Source: Chrysomallon squamiferum
Lineage: Eukaryota > Animalia > Mollusca
DNA: 64,000 nt
Direction: 5' to 3'
Assembly: GCA_012295275.1 (NCBI GenBank)
Contig: CM022672.1
Coordinates: 14,012,001-14,076,000, forward strand
The stretch's first letter is position 1; each line of letters begins with the position of its first letter. The notes beneath the pieces are model-generated. The model was not told the origin of the DNA and ran no database searches. It was given only the letters and a program-made list of their open reading frames with translations. Position numbers and translations under genes: made by a program. Positions 1 to 13,660 of the stretch are shown here, in pieces.

Positions 1-963
1 AATATATCTAGATTATTAGGTTTTAAGATAAATAAAATAATAAATAAGTAAATAAATAAAAATAAATAAACAAATAAATAAAAACAAACAAACAAATAAA
101 TAAATAAAATAATAAATAAATAAATAAATAAAATAAAATAGTATAAAATAAAAATAAAAAATGTATATAAAAAATAATAAAATAAATAAATAAATAAATA
201 ATAAATAAATAAATTAAATTAAATTAGAAGAATAAATCGATAGCATCTGCGGTTTTAAGATTAAATTAAATCAAATAAAAATAAAAATAAAAATAAAAAT
301 AAAAATAAAATAAAATGAAAATAAAAACAAAATAAAATAAATATATTATACAGAAAAAATAATTTGTAAATTCAAAAATATTTAAACAAATGCAACAACA
401 AAATAAAACAAAAAAGTCAACATATACGAATGTGTGCATAAAATATTAAACATAATTTGGTCTGTGTTAACTTACTTCTGTGTTTCGTTTCCTTTCTTCA
501 TTACGAATCATGGTCATGGAAATCTAATCCGCAGATATACTTCTCTTCTTCACCGCACGAGAAATGTTCTAGATGTTGCTTTATATATACATATATATAA
601 TTTATTTTTTGGATTATTGTACTGTATTTTAAAAAATTTATTTCAATTCTTGACCAAAAAAAAAAAAAAATAATAATTAAAAAAATTATTTACAAGTACA
701 TTTTAGACACAACATCTGTGACCAGTTACACCTTGACTCTGTCGAGAAGACTGTCAAGAAATGATAAGGTTGTGTAATATAAAAATTTCTGGAGTTAAAA
801 AAATAAAAAATAAAAAAAAATCGTTAAGTAAGAAAAATCATATTTTATTAAGAAAAGGTGCTAACATATTTATATTCGCACACATATCTATTTATGTCCA
901 CCGTAAGTATGTACATATTTATGTACGTATGTATGTATGTTTGTGTTTATATGTGTGTGTACA

Positions 964-999
<36 letters not shown>

Positions 1000-1932
1000 T
1001 ATATACACACACACATATATATACACATATACACTCATTTAATTATATATATATCTGTATCTATTTATCTATCTACATACACACATTGTAAATTATAAAA
1101 TGTTAAAAGCATAAAGAGAAATGTAGACAAATGAAAAGAAAGACAAAAACATTTATGCACCGTACTCACACACAGAAACATACATACATACATTAACAGC
1201 TTTACAAAAACACACACATTCAAATACACACAGAGTTTAAGTCGTATACAAATATCACATTGACATATAAACATTCAAACACATATAGATAAACGTAGAC
1301 TTGTATATAAAATGCACCCATATAAAAATGTATCAAGAGGCCACTAGCTTTCATCAGTGAACGATGATAAAAAAAAGTAAAATGTTAAAAATACCCCCCC
1401 CCAAAAAAATACAAAAAAAAAGAACTAAATCAAAAAAGTAATAATTTATACAAACTGAACTTAGTATTACTGCCAGTCTGATGAAATACTTTAATGTGAA
1501 CTGATGAAACGGAGGTGTAACATCTATCAAAATGGTGAGAGAGCTCAATCATATGTGTGTGCACCAGCGGCACTGATGACAGCAGTACATTGTCGTCTAG
1601 TACTTCTAATGAGAGCATTAATCTCAGGAACAGTAATTGCGTTCCATTCCCGGTTCAGAGCAATATGTAGGTCATGGACATTAAGGACATGAGGATGGTT
1701 TTCGTGTACCCTACGGCCTAGTGGATCCCATTCATGCTCAACTGGGGAAAAGTCAGGAGACTTTGGTGGCCAGTTCAACATTTGGATGTGATTCCGCTCA
1801 CAAAGATTAGTGGTTAACCTAGCGGTATATGGTTTAGCGTTGTCATGTCGAAACAGACAGCTGGGATGCTGCTGTACGAATGGAATGACCACTGGTTTAA
1901 TGATCTCGTCGCAGTAACGTTGAGCAGTCATA

Positions 1933-4499
1933 CAGTCTGGGAGCTAACTGCCATTTTTTCCCTTAACCTTGCATTGTTTGTATTAAGCGTTTTTTACTCT
2001 ATTTTCAGAAACTGCTTGATGACATATTGTCACCCTTGAGTAATTTGAGAAATTCAAGATGGCGTCCAAGATACAGGGGCTGCACGTCGACAGGGTCATT
2101 TAGCACAACCAAAGACGAAGGCTGTTTACCTTCCCTTAATAGACATGATCCCGTCACACCCAGATACCATGATGACGTCAATGGCCTCTGAACAGGTCTA
2201 CATATGCAATATCGGGCAACAGTTCGTATTTTTTACTTGTGATCTGCAGCTGTATAGGGTCGCTCTAGAAGTTCAGTGGACTTATCCAGAAGGGTTCTCA
2301 AATGTTGTTCTACGGTTGGTTGGGAGGGATGCACTCTCTAATGAGCTTCAATGGATCTATCGGAACTCTGATGGCTGATACCGGTCTGTCAGATATAATG
2401 TTCTCTGTGTTTGGCGGTGCGTCGAAAATGCTCACTGGAAAAAAGTTTCCCCAGAACGTCAGAGCATTACGAATGGTAGCTGAAGAGGCACTTTGCGGAA
2501 TCATACAGGATAAACCACTACATTGCAATGGTGACCTCATGCAAATTCTCGATACCGAAGCCAGCAAGAGTCAAACTACGAAACTTTGGCTCGATGTCTT
2601 GATAAAACCTGTCCTTCTCCTCCATGATTTTCGTACGGGCTGAACGCAAAGGTGACTAACCCCTTCATGTGGCAACGTACAAGCAAATGCTACCATACTT
2701 CTTTGCTGTGGGGCATGTGAACTATGCGAGATATGGGTTGTGCTGGAACGGCTACCTCAAGAGGTGTTGTCACACTTCATGAAGGGTGAGCATGTCATGC
2801 TCCATTCTGCTGGCTTACAGAATGGCATCTGGAGCGATATGATGATTGAGACGACCTTCATGTGGTATGGGCATGCTCCTGGGGGGTAGTTGGCATCACG
2901 CTTACGCCAGAAACGCTGAAGGTATGGACCCTTAGTCTGCATGCATGCAGCAGGTTCGAATCTGATCTGGATGACATGACGGATGAATACACTCAAAGCA
3001 AGGTGGTGACAACACACACAGAAAAGGCACACACCAGGATCGCTGAGGACAAGAGACACCGAGATGGAATCAGACAAAAACTCGACACTTGCAATAATCC
3101 TTTAGATTCTGCAGAACACCCCGGTGGTGTAGTCAATGTATTTAGCAGCCAGACTGGTTCAGCTGAAGTCAATGTCCACAATCGGGAATGAACAAATGAA
3201 AGTTTTCGAAAGTCGGTTACCGCAGGGATTTTATGAAACCATCACTAAGAAGGTTGTAACTATTGATCATGCAAGGAAGTATGTGAAGGTCGGAGCTGTG
3301 AAAGTATTTGATACCAATTTGATTTACTAAAGAGTGATTGGCCTACAGGCTACTGGGCGGGACATTGACATTAAGGATGTGCTTGGCATAACTTGAGCCA
3401 GTTCCATGTTTGATGATACTGGAGATATGATATTTTGCGAAATCGAAATCTACCTTGAAGAAAATTCTCCAAGTGGAGGTGTCTGAAAGAGTTGCTGGTG
3501 GTGCAAATGTTAGAAGAGCTCGCCATCAGGCTTTGGTATGGCAGTCACTAGAAGCGCAGAATCCACCCGAGTTGGACTGAACGGAATATGGTTGGATAAA
3601 GGATGACCAAAACAAGTCCCTTCAACCAGTCACCCTCCCTGATGAAGTCGAACTAGTTCCAGAGATGGTACTACGTCTAATAGAATGTGGATGTCAAAGT
3701 ACTACTCCATGTAGTTCATATGCTTGTAGTTGCAACTCTGCAAACATGAAATGCACAATATTTTTCTAACCCGACATCATAGTTGATTGCATGTTTTTGT
3801 GATGCACACGGGCAGCACAATGTAAAAACAATGTAAATTATTTGGTGAAGCGGTAGCCATCCTTAAATATGAATTGTATAATATGCTTTTGGTAGTCAGT
3901 GTGAGAATTCAGATTTAAAATTAAAGAACATTTGTTAAAATATATCACCTGTGGTCGTTTATCTTTTCATATATTTCCCAAGATTGAATAGTATAGAAGA
4001 TATACCAATGCTTGTAAACTGGCAGCCATCTTGGATTTCTAGATGACATCGTCAGTATATGAACTTTGATCTGGTACAGATAGATGTGTCTCCAAAATAA
4101 CCAGTGATAGACACCGCCACGACTAATTTGGAGTAAATAGTTAAGGAGATACGCCAGTTTTAGTTTTACGGCGGTCTTCTTCGGAGCCATCTTGCAAATT
4201 ACCGTTATATAATACGATATTAACATAATACTTTGTTCTACTGGATAGCTTGACCCCTTAAAACCTAGGTGTAGAGACAAAAATCACCTTCCTGTGATGA
4301 ACATGTAGGGAGTTATGGTTATTTATATGTAATGGCGGCCATCCTGGCCGCCATCTTGAATTTCTCAAATTGCTCAAGGGTGACAACATGTCATCAAGCA
4401 GTTCCTGAAAACAGAGACCCTTGGCTACCACCTAAGTCAACAATAAAAAAAGTTAATACAACAATGCAGGGACAACCAACCCTCTCTGCTCCCGGACTA
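1933..4499 (+). mobile_element. Academ(X)-like DNA transposon, internally deleted and frameshifted, with long TIRs and 3-bp TSD
   Basis: Termini CAGTCTGGGAGC (1933) and GCTCCCGGACTA (4499). About 70 bp of near-perfect inverted repeat at 2002-2071 vs 4341-4411. Flanks ATA/AAA reconstitute the Tc1 frame as a 3-bp TSD. Broken ORF about 2090-3770 with motifs TCDLQLY, LGGMHSLMSF, GHVNYARY, GIWSDMMIETTFM and a C-terminal Cys-rich finger (ECGCQSTTPCSSYACSCNSANMKC). The superfamily call is from recalled Academ features, not a search. Confidence 0.7.
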
Positions 4500-4829
4500 A
4501 AATGTCCGTGAATGAAAACGAGATCTGTTTTATCTCTACCACGAATACCGGCCAGGGCCATGTCGCTGCCACCGGCATATCGGTCCTGCTGACTGACGTC
4601 TACGTCACATCGTTCTCCCCGTCGCCTCCGTACATGATGCCCACCATCAATTTGTAGCGAAAATGGATTCGACTAAGCGGACGACCAATCCCTCATGAAC
4701 ATGTTTTCAAATAATAATAATACATACAGCTGATATTTAGCTATATACGAATTACCTAAATATGAATAGTATACACTATTTGCACTAAAATAAACCATGC
4801 TACAATATCAGTTTAATAACAAAATATAC

Positions 4830-5115
4830 TCATCCAGCTTTACAGGAGCAGTTAACCTCTGATAGCTGTTTCCTCTCCAAGCAAAGTCAAATGTTCCAAG
4901 TCGTTTTACCTCATGGAACGCCAGCATCTCGCATTCACTTTCGGTTGATCTTCGTCGGAAATTTTTATATCGTGGATGTAGCCTTGCGTAAAATAATTTA
5001 AACCTTTCTCTTGTGCTTTTCTGGAAAGGCTCGAGCTCTCAGGAAGATATGAACCGAAACATCATCTGGAATACTTTTTAGATTAGCTATGCTGTCTGCT
5101 ACCGATTCCGCCATT
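4830..5115 (-). mobile_element. Degenerate fragment of a SWIM-zinc-finger protein of the type carried by Kolobok-like transposons
   Basis: Minus strand reads KAQEKGLNYFTQGYIHDIKI...VNARCWRSMR*...NCSCKAG, with a stop and frameshifts. It lies between two parts of the Tc1. Confidence 0.45.
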
Positions 5116-5779
5116 TTTGGATGTTACCTTGTTGGACGTAGTAACAGTAAATAAGTGTGTGTGTGTGTGGGGGGGGGTAGAGCGTGGCTTACGGAGTAGT
5201 TGTGGAAACATGAATTCTAGTTCCTTTTGTTTCCTGGCAAAGTACGAGCTAAACGTGGAGCATTTTCTAACCTGTGACGTCGAGATGACGTCATCGAGTA
5301 TATATCATTCCTTTGGATTGTTAATCGTGGTCTACGAGAACATGGTCGATCTCGCACTTGGTCGGTTTGGTGTACGCCTTCTCGGGGTCCTGATATGGTT
5401 ACTGTCACGAACACGAACTTACTGAGCAACATTGTGTACGCGTTGGCCGGCGTTAATCCGTCCCATTGTTCCATGACGTTGATTTTCCAATAAGCTTGAA
5501 CGGCGACCTATTGTAACAGGATAAATTCTCCCTTTTGTTTTTGGATAATGTTGGTTCAGTGCATCAAATGGTGATTTTAATACGACAGTATTAGCGCACG
5601 GCGTTTGAACTGCATTACACATATCGGCGTGCGATGTGATAAATGGTGTTCCGTGCATTACCAAAGCGAAAGGGCATGTGCAACTAACATATTACCAAGT
5701 TTTATCACTTTAATTTATTTGGAAGCTATAGACATTGCTAAATTTTTTTGGTTAAGTATATATATATTTTTAAACTATA

Positions 5780-6128
5780 GATCTGTTTCCTCAGAAATGT
5801 GCACCAACTTTGAACGGCCCAAAGATTCCATATCCATATCGATGCTACTTTTTGTTTCTCCCAGTTTCTCTTTCGCTTTCACTTCTTTGATGTAGCAACT
5901 GATGAAGTCATTAATGTTGTTCTCGTCATATTCGACCAGATGTTCTTCTAGCGAAGTATCCACTAGCTCCTTAAGTATCAAATCAATATTGTTTTGTAGG
6001 CGATCTACTCCGAAAAGATCGCCAGGGATCAACCGAAGGCAGTGGAAAAATGTAACAACGATAGGTTTTGAAACAACGTCTTCTGCAACATTCATAAATC
6101 TCTCGAAGGTGTCCGTACCCTCGCTCAA
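5780..6128 (-). pseudogene. Cytochrome P450 pseudogene fragment (paralogue of CYP-a/b)
   Basis: LRLIPGDLFG...ELVDTSLEEHLVEYDENNINDFISCYIKEVKAKEKLGETKSSIDM matches CYP-a/b. The IWNL-coding sequence is then fused directly to the terminal PFKV-coding sequence, deleting the K-helix, PERF and heme Cys. The 5' half is missing, but the CYP upstream region is retained at about 6390-6740. Confidence 0.9.
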
Positions 6129-8045
6129 ATTTGAGAAGTGGACCTTTTATTTAGTTTTTCGAACTTTTACAAATTTATTCAGATTTTATTTATTTATTTA
6201 ATTTTTTTTTTTTTTTTTTTTCTGTCAGTGTATAGAACACTGTAGAATACGTCTGCCAGCGTCTCTGTTGTAGCACTGTTATTTTGCGGTCCATGTGAAC
6301 CGTGTGCAATTTTTTAATAGTGCCTCTGCTTAATGTTACGGTGCCCTTTTTGTCATCGACCCCCCCATCAGAAAAGCTGTGTCCGCCCCAAACGAGTAAG
6401 TCTAAAAGATCTGTATATTAAACCTGTAAATAAATCTATTTTTAAATGGCATAAACAAATGAGTAATCGTTCTTAACCTTGAACATTATGTACCACTGTC
6501 GGACAAGCGTTCCTCAGCATGACCTTTGAACTATTACTCATGATTTACTGGTCATACAAAACGTTCCTTAAGTCTGTCGTCATTGTTCATTAAACTCTAC
6601 ATGGAACAAACAAAAAGCTTGTTGAACGATTTTATATCTCTGCTGTTTTTACCGAGACAGTAAACTGTATAATTATCTGTATCAATGATAATGTTTACTG
6701 AAGTGAAAACTGCAAATCAAAATGGTTAGTCAAAATTATAATTCAGGTTAAAATAAATAAATATATAGATAAATAAATAAATAAATAAATAAATAAAGCA
6801 AAATAGAATAAAATAAAACGAAACGAAACGAAACAAAACAAAACAAAATAAATAAATAAATAAATAAATAAATAAACTACCACTACCACTACCACTACGG
6901 CTACTATTACTACTATTACTACTACTACTACTACTACAACCACTACTGCTATTATTGTTATTATTAATATTGTTGTTGTGTTTGTTATTGTTGTTTTCAT
7001 GATTACAGTGGTACCTGTCTTTAGAGGCACTCGCGAAGAGCGGCCAACTAAGATGAACGGACACTTTTCCGAGTCCTGATTGTTTTTCAGTGGATTTATC
7101 TTTAGACATTGGTCAGGGACGGGATTCTTAAAAATTATTATTCCTCTGCCAAAGCAGAGAGTCATACAAACTTGCCGTGTTGCTTGGCTTTGCAATGTCT
7201 GGCCGCAAATGATTTATATTTTTAGATGGTACGGGTATTGTGAATGTGAATAACGACTGGAAATATGTTTATAAATTGTCTGTAAATTTTATCCCTCTGG
7301 TGTAGGGACACAGTTACTGTGCCCCACATCAGTCAATACAAGATAAAGTATGACTGTATTTTATTTTATTTCTTTTTATCTTCTTTTAAATTTTTTTATT
7401 ATTATTAATGTTTGTTATTATTAATTTTAAAAAAAGAATTAAAATTATTTTATTAATTTATATACGTATGGATGTACCTATATAAATAGTGTCGATCAAA
7501 CACTTTGGAATGCATTTTAGATTGTATCTCAAAGTCGGCTTCTGAAAGTTCAGTCGGTTTCCAGTTTTCAGTTTTCCTCACTTCATATTTTATCCAGAAA
7601 ACAATGTTTGATTATTTATTCTTAAACTTTTAATGATATTCAGAAATAGTAGTCGTAATAGTAGCAGAGTTATAGTAGCAGGAGTAGTTGTATTAGTAAT
7701 AGTAGTAGTAGCAGGAACAACTGTAATAGTTTTCTTTTTATCTTTTTTTAACCAGAAGGATGACTACTAAATTATATTCATTTAATATTAGCATATAATT
7801 TAGTTTTTCCCTACGTTCAGTTGTTTAGCATTCAACTCAAAAATAAACATACGAATTTAGAAACTAACTGTATATTTCAAAACACTTTTGCTAACCTTTT
7901 TTTTAATTTAAGGATATATATTTTTTTCTGTTTAAATAGTATTAATTGCTTTGTTTATATCACTCTGACTTTAATTACAAAACAGTTTTATGGATTTGCT
8001 GTATTGTTTATCATTTCTGTCCGTCATTTCGTTATGTAATAAATA

Positions 8046-8048
<3 letters not shown>

Positions 8049-8134
<86 letters not shown>
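8049..8134. repeat. (GA)n microsatellite, representative of many (e.g. 19445-19577, 23095-23180, 27255-27439, 33361-33434, 46612-46705, 59532-59632)
   Basis: Seen directly. (CA)n, (TA)n, (AAT)n, (AAC)n, (ATG)n and cryptic AGT/AGC tracts are also abundant. Confidence 0.98.
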
Positions 8135-8136
<2 letters not shown>

Positions 8137-8827
8137 ACACACCATACGACATAATAAAATTAAAAATATTAAAATATTTGTAAAATAAAATGAAAACTAA
8201 CGTAATATCCTATAATTATCACAAAGAATATTAAAATAACGAAATACTGGAAAAGTTTATTAACTATTACTAATAAATTAAAAAATAAATTCATTTCAAA
8301 CCAAAATAAGGAATATGCCTTTACTAATATATAAAATTATATAAACTAAAACACCAAACCATTTTTGTACATATTAAGTATATAATAATAAAAAATAAAT
8401 AACAAAACCCCCACAGAGTTGGGATTTTGAATCCGGATTAAGCAAACAGGCGACATTATTGTTTATGATATAACTACAACGAAAAATGAGTTTCATTATG
8501 ATGAAGATAAAACCATTGATCACAAAGAGAAAACTAAGTTTACACGCGCAGAATTTTGTACACGCTGTACTAGACTAGATAGCAAAGAATACATTTCATG
8601 CGAACCTTTGATAAACTAATCAATCAAGCAGGAATTATAACGTAACTCCAAAATTTCTAATAGCTGAGCTGCAATACCTGAACAGTGCACTTTTTGTACA
8701 AGCCCTCCAACCGTCAATCTGACATACATGTAAAGACATAAACACATACACACACATGTACGTGTGGACATACATGCACATTTTGTTTAACATTATTTTC
8801 AGTACATAATATTTTCAAACCATAGAT

Positions 8828-10309
8828 TTATTTTCTCAGAACTGCTCTAACTTTGAACGGTCTTGGGGCCTGGGTGATGCCAAAGACAGGATCGATGGTC
8901 GTCAGTGGACACCCTTCAGGTTTGAGGAACTCAAATTTCTGAATCATCGCGGCAGTGAACAAGAACAGCTCCATTCTGGCCAGAGATTCTCCTATACAGT
9001 TTCTTGGACCGAACAGGAACGGGATGAATTCTTCCCGTTGAACGACATGTCCGTTGTCATCGAGAAAACGTTCAGGTCTGAAATTTTCCGGATCGCCCCA
9101 AATTTCCGGATCTGAGAGGACCGAATCGATGACTGGAAAAACGACGGCATTTTTAGGTATTCGATAGCCATTCCATACTATTTCTTCTGTAACAGCGCGG
9201 AATGCACTTAAAGGCAAGATGTCCGCATGACGCAAAGTTTCCAAAATTGTCGCATCGAGATAGGGAAGTTCTGACTTGTCTTTGAGAGTTATCGTTCGAT
9301 CGCATCCCACCTTCTCCTGAATTTCGCTGAAACATTTCTCCTGGATTTCAGGATAATGTTCAAAATACAACAAAAGCCATCGAATTGTCGTTGCCGTCGA
9401 TTCTGTCCCTGCAATTAAAAGATTCCAGATCGAGGCTCGAAGATTTTCCATGTCGATGCTAGTTTTTGTTTCTCCGAGTTTCTCTTTCGCTTTCATTTCT
9501 TTGATGTACGAACTGATGAAGTCATTAATGTTGTTCTCGTCATATTCGGCCAGATGTTCTTCTAGCGAAGAATCCACTAGCTCCTTTATTATCAAATCAA
9601 TACTGTTTTGTAGGCGACCTAATCCGAAAAGATCGCCAGGGATCAAACGAAGGAACGGGAAAAATGTAAGAACAATAGATTGTGAAGCAATTTTTTCAGT
9701 AACATTCATCAGTCTCTGTAATCCTGGATCTTTAAACTCGAATCGTTTGCCAAATGCAATAGAGGAAATAACATTAGATACAGAAGTGCCAATAAGACTG
9801 TGGAAATTTGTGGCCTTACCCTTTGTTTTTTTTATTTCCTCAACGAAAGCACAGATTTCTTCTAGAATTTTAACTTCCAGAATATTCTTTCCCATTCCCA
9901 AATTTTTCAGCGTGACCAGTGCCAGTTTTCTCTGTTCTCTCCAGACGTCACCACTGGATCCTAAAATTCCTTTATGTTTTGAAACGAAATCCAAAAACAA
10001 TACATCTGGCCTCTGTGTAAAAGATTCGCCATTTTTCACAAAGGCATCTTTTAAATTGTCATATCCGTTGATAGCGATGACGAGATTACGAGAAAAATAA
10101 ACACTGAACACGTCGCCGTATTTACTTCTCAGCTTTCTAAACGACTTCACCGGGTTGGTACCCACTTGAAAAAGATTTCCAATGATAGGGAAGGTCAGCC
10201 AGGGTCCAGGGGGAATCCCTTTTGGTCGCTGCAGAAATAACCAGATTCCTAATGTCCCCATCAAAAGAACTAGAGCGGTCAAATTGTTCATTACGATTTC
10301 TTGCAACAT
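8828..10309 (-). CDS. Cytochrome P450, clan 2 (CYP2-like), intronless, 493 aa (CYP-a)
   Basis: N-terminal membrane anchor, PPGP hinge, WREQR, I-helix AGTEST, K-helix ETLR, FRPERF and heme motif FLFGPRNCIG, all in one uninterrupted ORF. Confidence 0.97.
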   Translation of the reverse strand: MLQEIVMNNLTALVLLMGTLGIWLFLQRPKGIPPGPWLTFPIIGNLFQVGTNPVKSFRKLRSKYGDVFSVYFSRNLVIAINGYDNLKDAFVKNGESFTQRPDVLFLDFVSKHKGILGSSGDVWREQRKLALVTLKNLGMGKNILEVKILEEICAFVEEIKKTKGKATNFHSLIGTSVSNVISSIAFGKRFEFKDPGLQRLMNVTEKIASQSIVLTFFPFLRLIPGDLFGLGRLQNSIDLIIKELVDSSLEEHLAEYDENNINDFISSYIKEMKAKEKLGETKTSIDMENLRASIWNLLIAGTESTATTIRWLLLYFEHYPEIQEKCFSEIQEKVGCDRTITLKDKSELPYLDATILETLRHADILPLSAFRAVTEEIVWNGYRIPKNAVVFPVIDSVLSDPEIWGDPENFRPERFLDDNGHVVQREEFIPFLFGPRNCIGESLARMELFLFTAAMIQKFEFLKPEGCPLTTIDPVFGITQAPRPFKVRAVLRK

Positions 10310-12437
10310 TTTGCAGAAGATTATCTTAATGCAACATAAACTTCTTTTTTTTTAAATTGTAATTTGTATTGGTTTTTCTTTCGATTACTTCCCTATCTCA
10401 CTGCTATAAACTTTCGCTCTTCTCCTGTTAAGAACTCTTATTTCTTTGCTGTTAAAATTTTCAGAACTCTTTCTCGACTATTGCGCTTGTTTGTGCGAGT
10501 AAGTGTAAGAAAAGTGACCTTCGTATACTAAACCCGTAAACAAATCCGTTTTAGAAATGAATGTTTTGTATACAAGGGTGAATATTCGTTCTTAACCTTG
10601 AGCTTTGTACACTGATGTTTTGCATCCAGTGTCGGACAATCACTCCTCAACACGACCTCCGATTTACTGGTCGTAAAAAGTTATTTTTGTCAATCGTTTG
10701 TTTTTATGTTATACACGGGATAAACAAAAAGTTTGTTAAAGGATTTAAGTATTGTTTACCTCCACTGCTTTTACTAATGTCAACAGGTAAAGTATCTGTA
10801 ACAGAGAGAGAGAGAGCATTTACTGATGTGGAAACTGAAAATAAAAGTAAGAATGTAAATTTGAGCTTGCTGTGATTCGGCAAAATTACTATTCACATTA
10901 AGATAAAGAAACAAACGAAAAAATTATCTAAATTAATAAATAATTAAAATAAAAAGTAAATAAAGTAAAATAAATAATATAAATACATTGATTCATGGGA
11001 AAAATTACGATTTATTATAAGGTAATAAATAAAGAATTAAGTAAACAAAATAAAATAAAATAATATAAACATCAGCAGCGGCACCACCAAAAACGAGAAC
11101 GGCAACAACAATAATAATAATAAAAATAATTTCAATAATAATAAAAATAATTTCAATAATAATAAAAATAAAAATAAAAATAATGAAAATTCCATTTCGT
11201 TTTATGTTTAAATTCAGATCGTTCAAAATTATTTAATCCCTTAGAAAATTTCAACTTGGTGCATGTGTTAATCCCAATATTAAATAAAATCTTTGCCAAT
11301 ATTTTCTAGAAATTATATACTGAATACTGTTAATAAATTTAATTGTTTAGTGTTACTGCCAATTCAAGGGATATTAAGGAAGACAGTAAATTTCATTACC
11401 TTATTTTGCAGAGGGTCAAAACTGCACATTCTTGTTGACTCATACTGTTTTCTAGCATGAACATGTATCACGTAATTTCAAGGCTACAAGCTACACTAAA
11501 ATAGGAATATTAAACGTCCCAAATTACCCACACAAAATAGGCGTTAAAATTTCATTCCACTCAGTCTATAATGTAGCATCATTTTAAAGAATATGGAAGC
11601 TTAAATCATTTTCTGAACGTACTTAATAAAAAACTGGATTTAAAGTAAAGTGCTCACTCAGTGTAGCAAAAATATATAAAAGTTTAGATGAGAAGAAAAT
11701 CTAAGGGATATAATCATGTTCTTTCTGATTGTCTTAGCACTAGCGAAGGCAAAATTATAAAATATGTTAGTCAGACTTGAAATTACGTGATTTGTATTTA
11801 AGAGAGGAAAGAAAACTGTCACAGAAAAAAAGTGGATGATGTAACATCCTTCACATTCCAGGAAGTCAAGAAAAATCGTTACTGCTGTGTCAGTAATTCA
11901 GCCTCTTTAACACAAAAGGTGGTTTCACTGATTACAACCAGATGATGAAATTTTACCCACAACTGTTCAATACTCCCTCTTTGTTCATTTCCTGAGCGTG
12001 TTTCAAGAATGATCAAACGAACTGGATGTTTCGACTGAGGATGGTCTCTGTCTCCCTTTCATTCTGATAAATGATGAATTGCAAACATCTGTAGAAATTC
12101 ATCTGCTTGGAAATGAGCCCTCTGTTTATAGAAGAACTTGTAATAAGTGTTAAATTCTGTTGCTCAGTACAGTGTATGATAATGAACTCTTTCCTGAAAA
12201 GGAACAATCTGGAAGTATCTGGCTATGCACAGATGATAAAATCTTCTATATTAAAGAAATGAAGAAAATGTTGCGTCCATGATCTGTGAAGAAGATCCCC
12301 GGAGGGCGCATTGGAGTGAGAACGTATTAAATAAATACACTGTTTCACTGACACTACATAAATTGAGTAGACTGACTATCGATGAACTTTCTGTCTTGGG
12401 AATCAGTACCCCCACACACCCACACACACCCACACCC

Positions 12438-12478
<41 letters not shown>

Positions 12479-12517
12479 TACATATGTGTGTGTGTGTGTG
12501 TGTATATATATATACTG

Positions 12518-13233
12518 ATTCCATAGAGGAACGCGCCAGGTTCTATTTCGGGAATATCTCTTCAACAAAAATAGGGTTCGCCCAAATGGTATCTATTGGA
12601 GATGTGTCGATAAGACATGTACCGGAAGATGTAAGACGGTAGGGGATTACATTAGAGACTTCACTGACCACACCCACCCTCCTGCAGACGCCACTGGCAT
12701 CAGGTTCGGCAGTACTCTACGGAAACGAGCCCGCGAGGAGCCTGCCACATCACTGCAGCTGAACTTCATCCCGCACGCGAGTCTACAGGGAGATGGACAA
12801 CCGCTTCAGCCACCTCAAGGACCAGCTTGTTGAAGGAGCCAAGACCCGTCTTCAGTTCCTGGACGCAGTGGCGAAACTGGTTAAAGTGGGCTCAACTAAA
12901 CTGTTGATAAAGAAACGTGGACTATATTCACCGCCATCACGAACTTATGCGAACTTATAGTGCTGTATTCCAGACTGTATTAAATTATTTTAACTGTATT
13001 TAACTGTAAATTCTGTTATGCGAACTTATAATGCTGTTCTCTAGACAATGAAAATTATTTAATTATGCATTATGCTATGCGGACTTATAGTTCTGTTATT
13101 TTTGTTGCGCCGTGCCTGTTATTCACATAGGTAATGGGCTAGAGATTATCTGGATGTCTGACAAATGGAGTTCTGATTAATGGTGGTCTGATGGGTATCT
13201 GACAAATGGAGTTTTAACTAATGGTTGGACACC
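12518..13233 (+). mobile_element. Mutator-like (MULE) deletion derivative with FLYWCH zinc finger
   Basis: An ATG-less frame reads EYLFNKNRVRPNGIYWRCVDKTCTGRCKT...DHTHPP...LRKRAREEP (FLYWCH pattern). A MULE-like C-terminus DNRFSHLKDQLVEGAKTRLQFLDAVA follows, then subterminal AATGG repeats ending GGACACC at about 13233. Confidence 0.65.
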
Positions 13234-13616
13234 TTCAATATTAGCATTCTTAATGGCAGCAGCAACAACAACAGGATTAGTATCAGTGATACCAGTAGCA
13301 GTAGTAGCATTGGCAGCAAGAGTATTAAAAGTTATATTAGAAGCTAATTGTTTTCTTTGTTTTTCCTTCTTTTCTTTTCTTTCTTTCTTTCTTTTTTTTT
13401 TTTTTTTTGAATTATCTAACATTAATCTTAAAAATAAACAAACTGCATATTTAAAAACGCTTTTACTACCTTTTTTATTTATATTTATATTGCGAGTTTT
13501 GTTGTGTTTTAAGTATATTAATTGTTTTAAATAAATCACTCCAACTTTAGTTATAAAAGAATAGAATGGATTTGCTGAATCGTTTATCATTTTTGTCATT
13601 TCGTTATTATTTACTA

Positions 13617-13660
<44 letters not shown>

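Larger units (their letters stand above)
1545..5760 (-). mobile_element. Decayed Tc1-family (DD34E) DNA transposon, split by two nested insertions
   Basis: 1545-1931 encodes the transposase C-terminus HDNAKPY...WPPKSPDFSPVEHEW with exactly 34 residues between D and E. 4500-4545 continues it (KTDLVFIHGH), joining as HGH-L-TAQRY across the 1933-4499 insertion. 5290-5510 encodes a broken N-terminal HTH (ENQRHGTMGRINAG...QTDQVRDRPCSRRPRLT). The element ends in TTTTTTTGGTTAAG-TA near 5760. The left terminus was not resolved. Confidence 0.85.

Noticed and set aside
7003-7340. TA-CAGTGGTACCTGTC..., resembling a pogo/Tigger-type TIR
   Set aside because: No matching second terminus was found, so an element cannot be delimited.
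9450-10100. Antisense or alternative-frame ORFs over the CYPs (also 41478-42359) and over the 54.8-56.0 kb exon (55324-55942)
   Set aside because: Shadow frames of real CDSs. The CYP-a antisense ORF is broken by a stop in the CYP-b copy.
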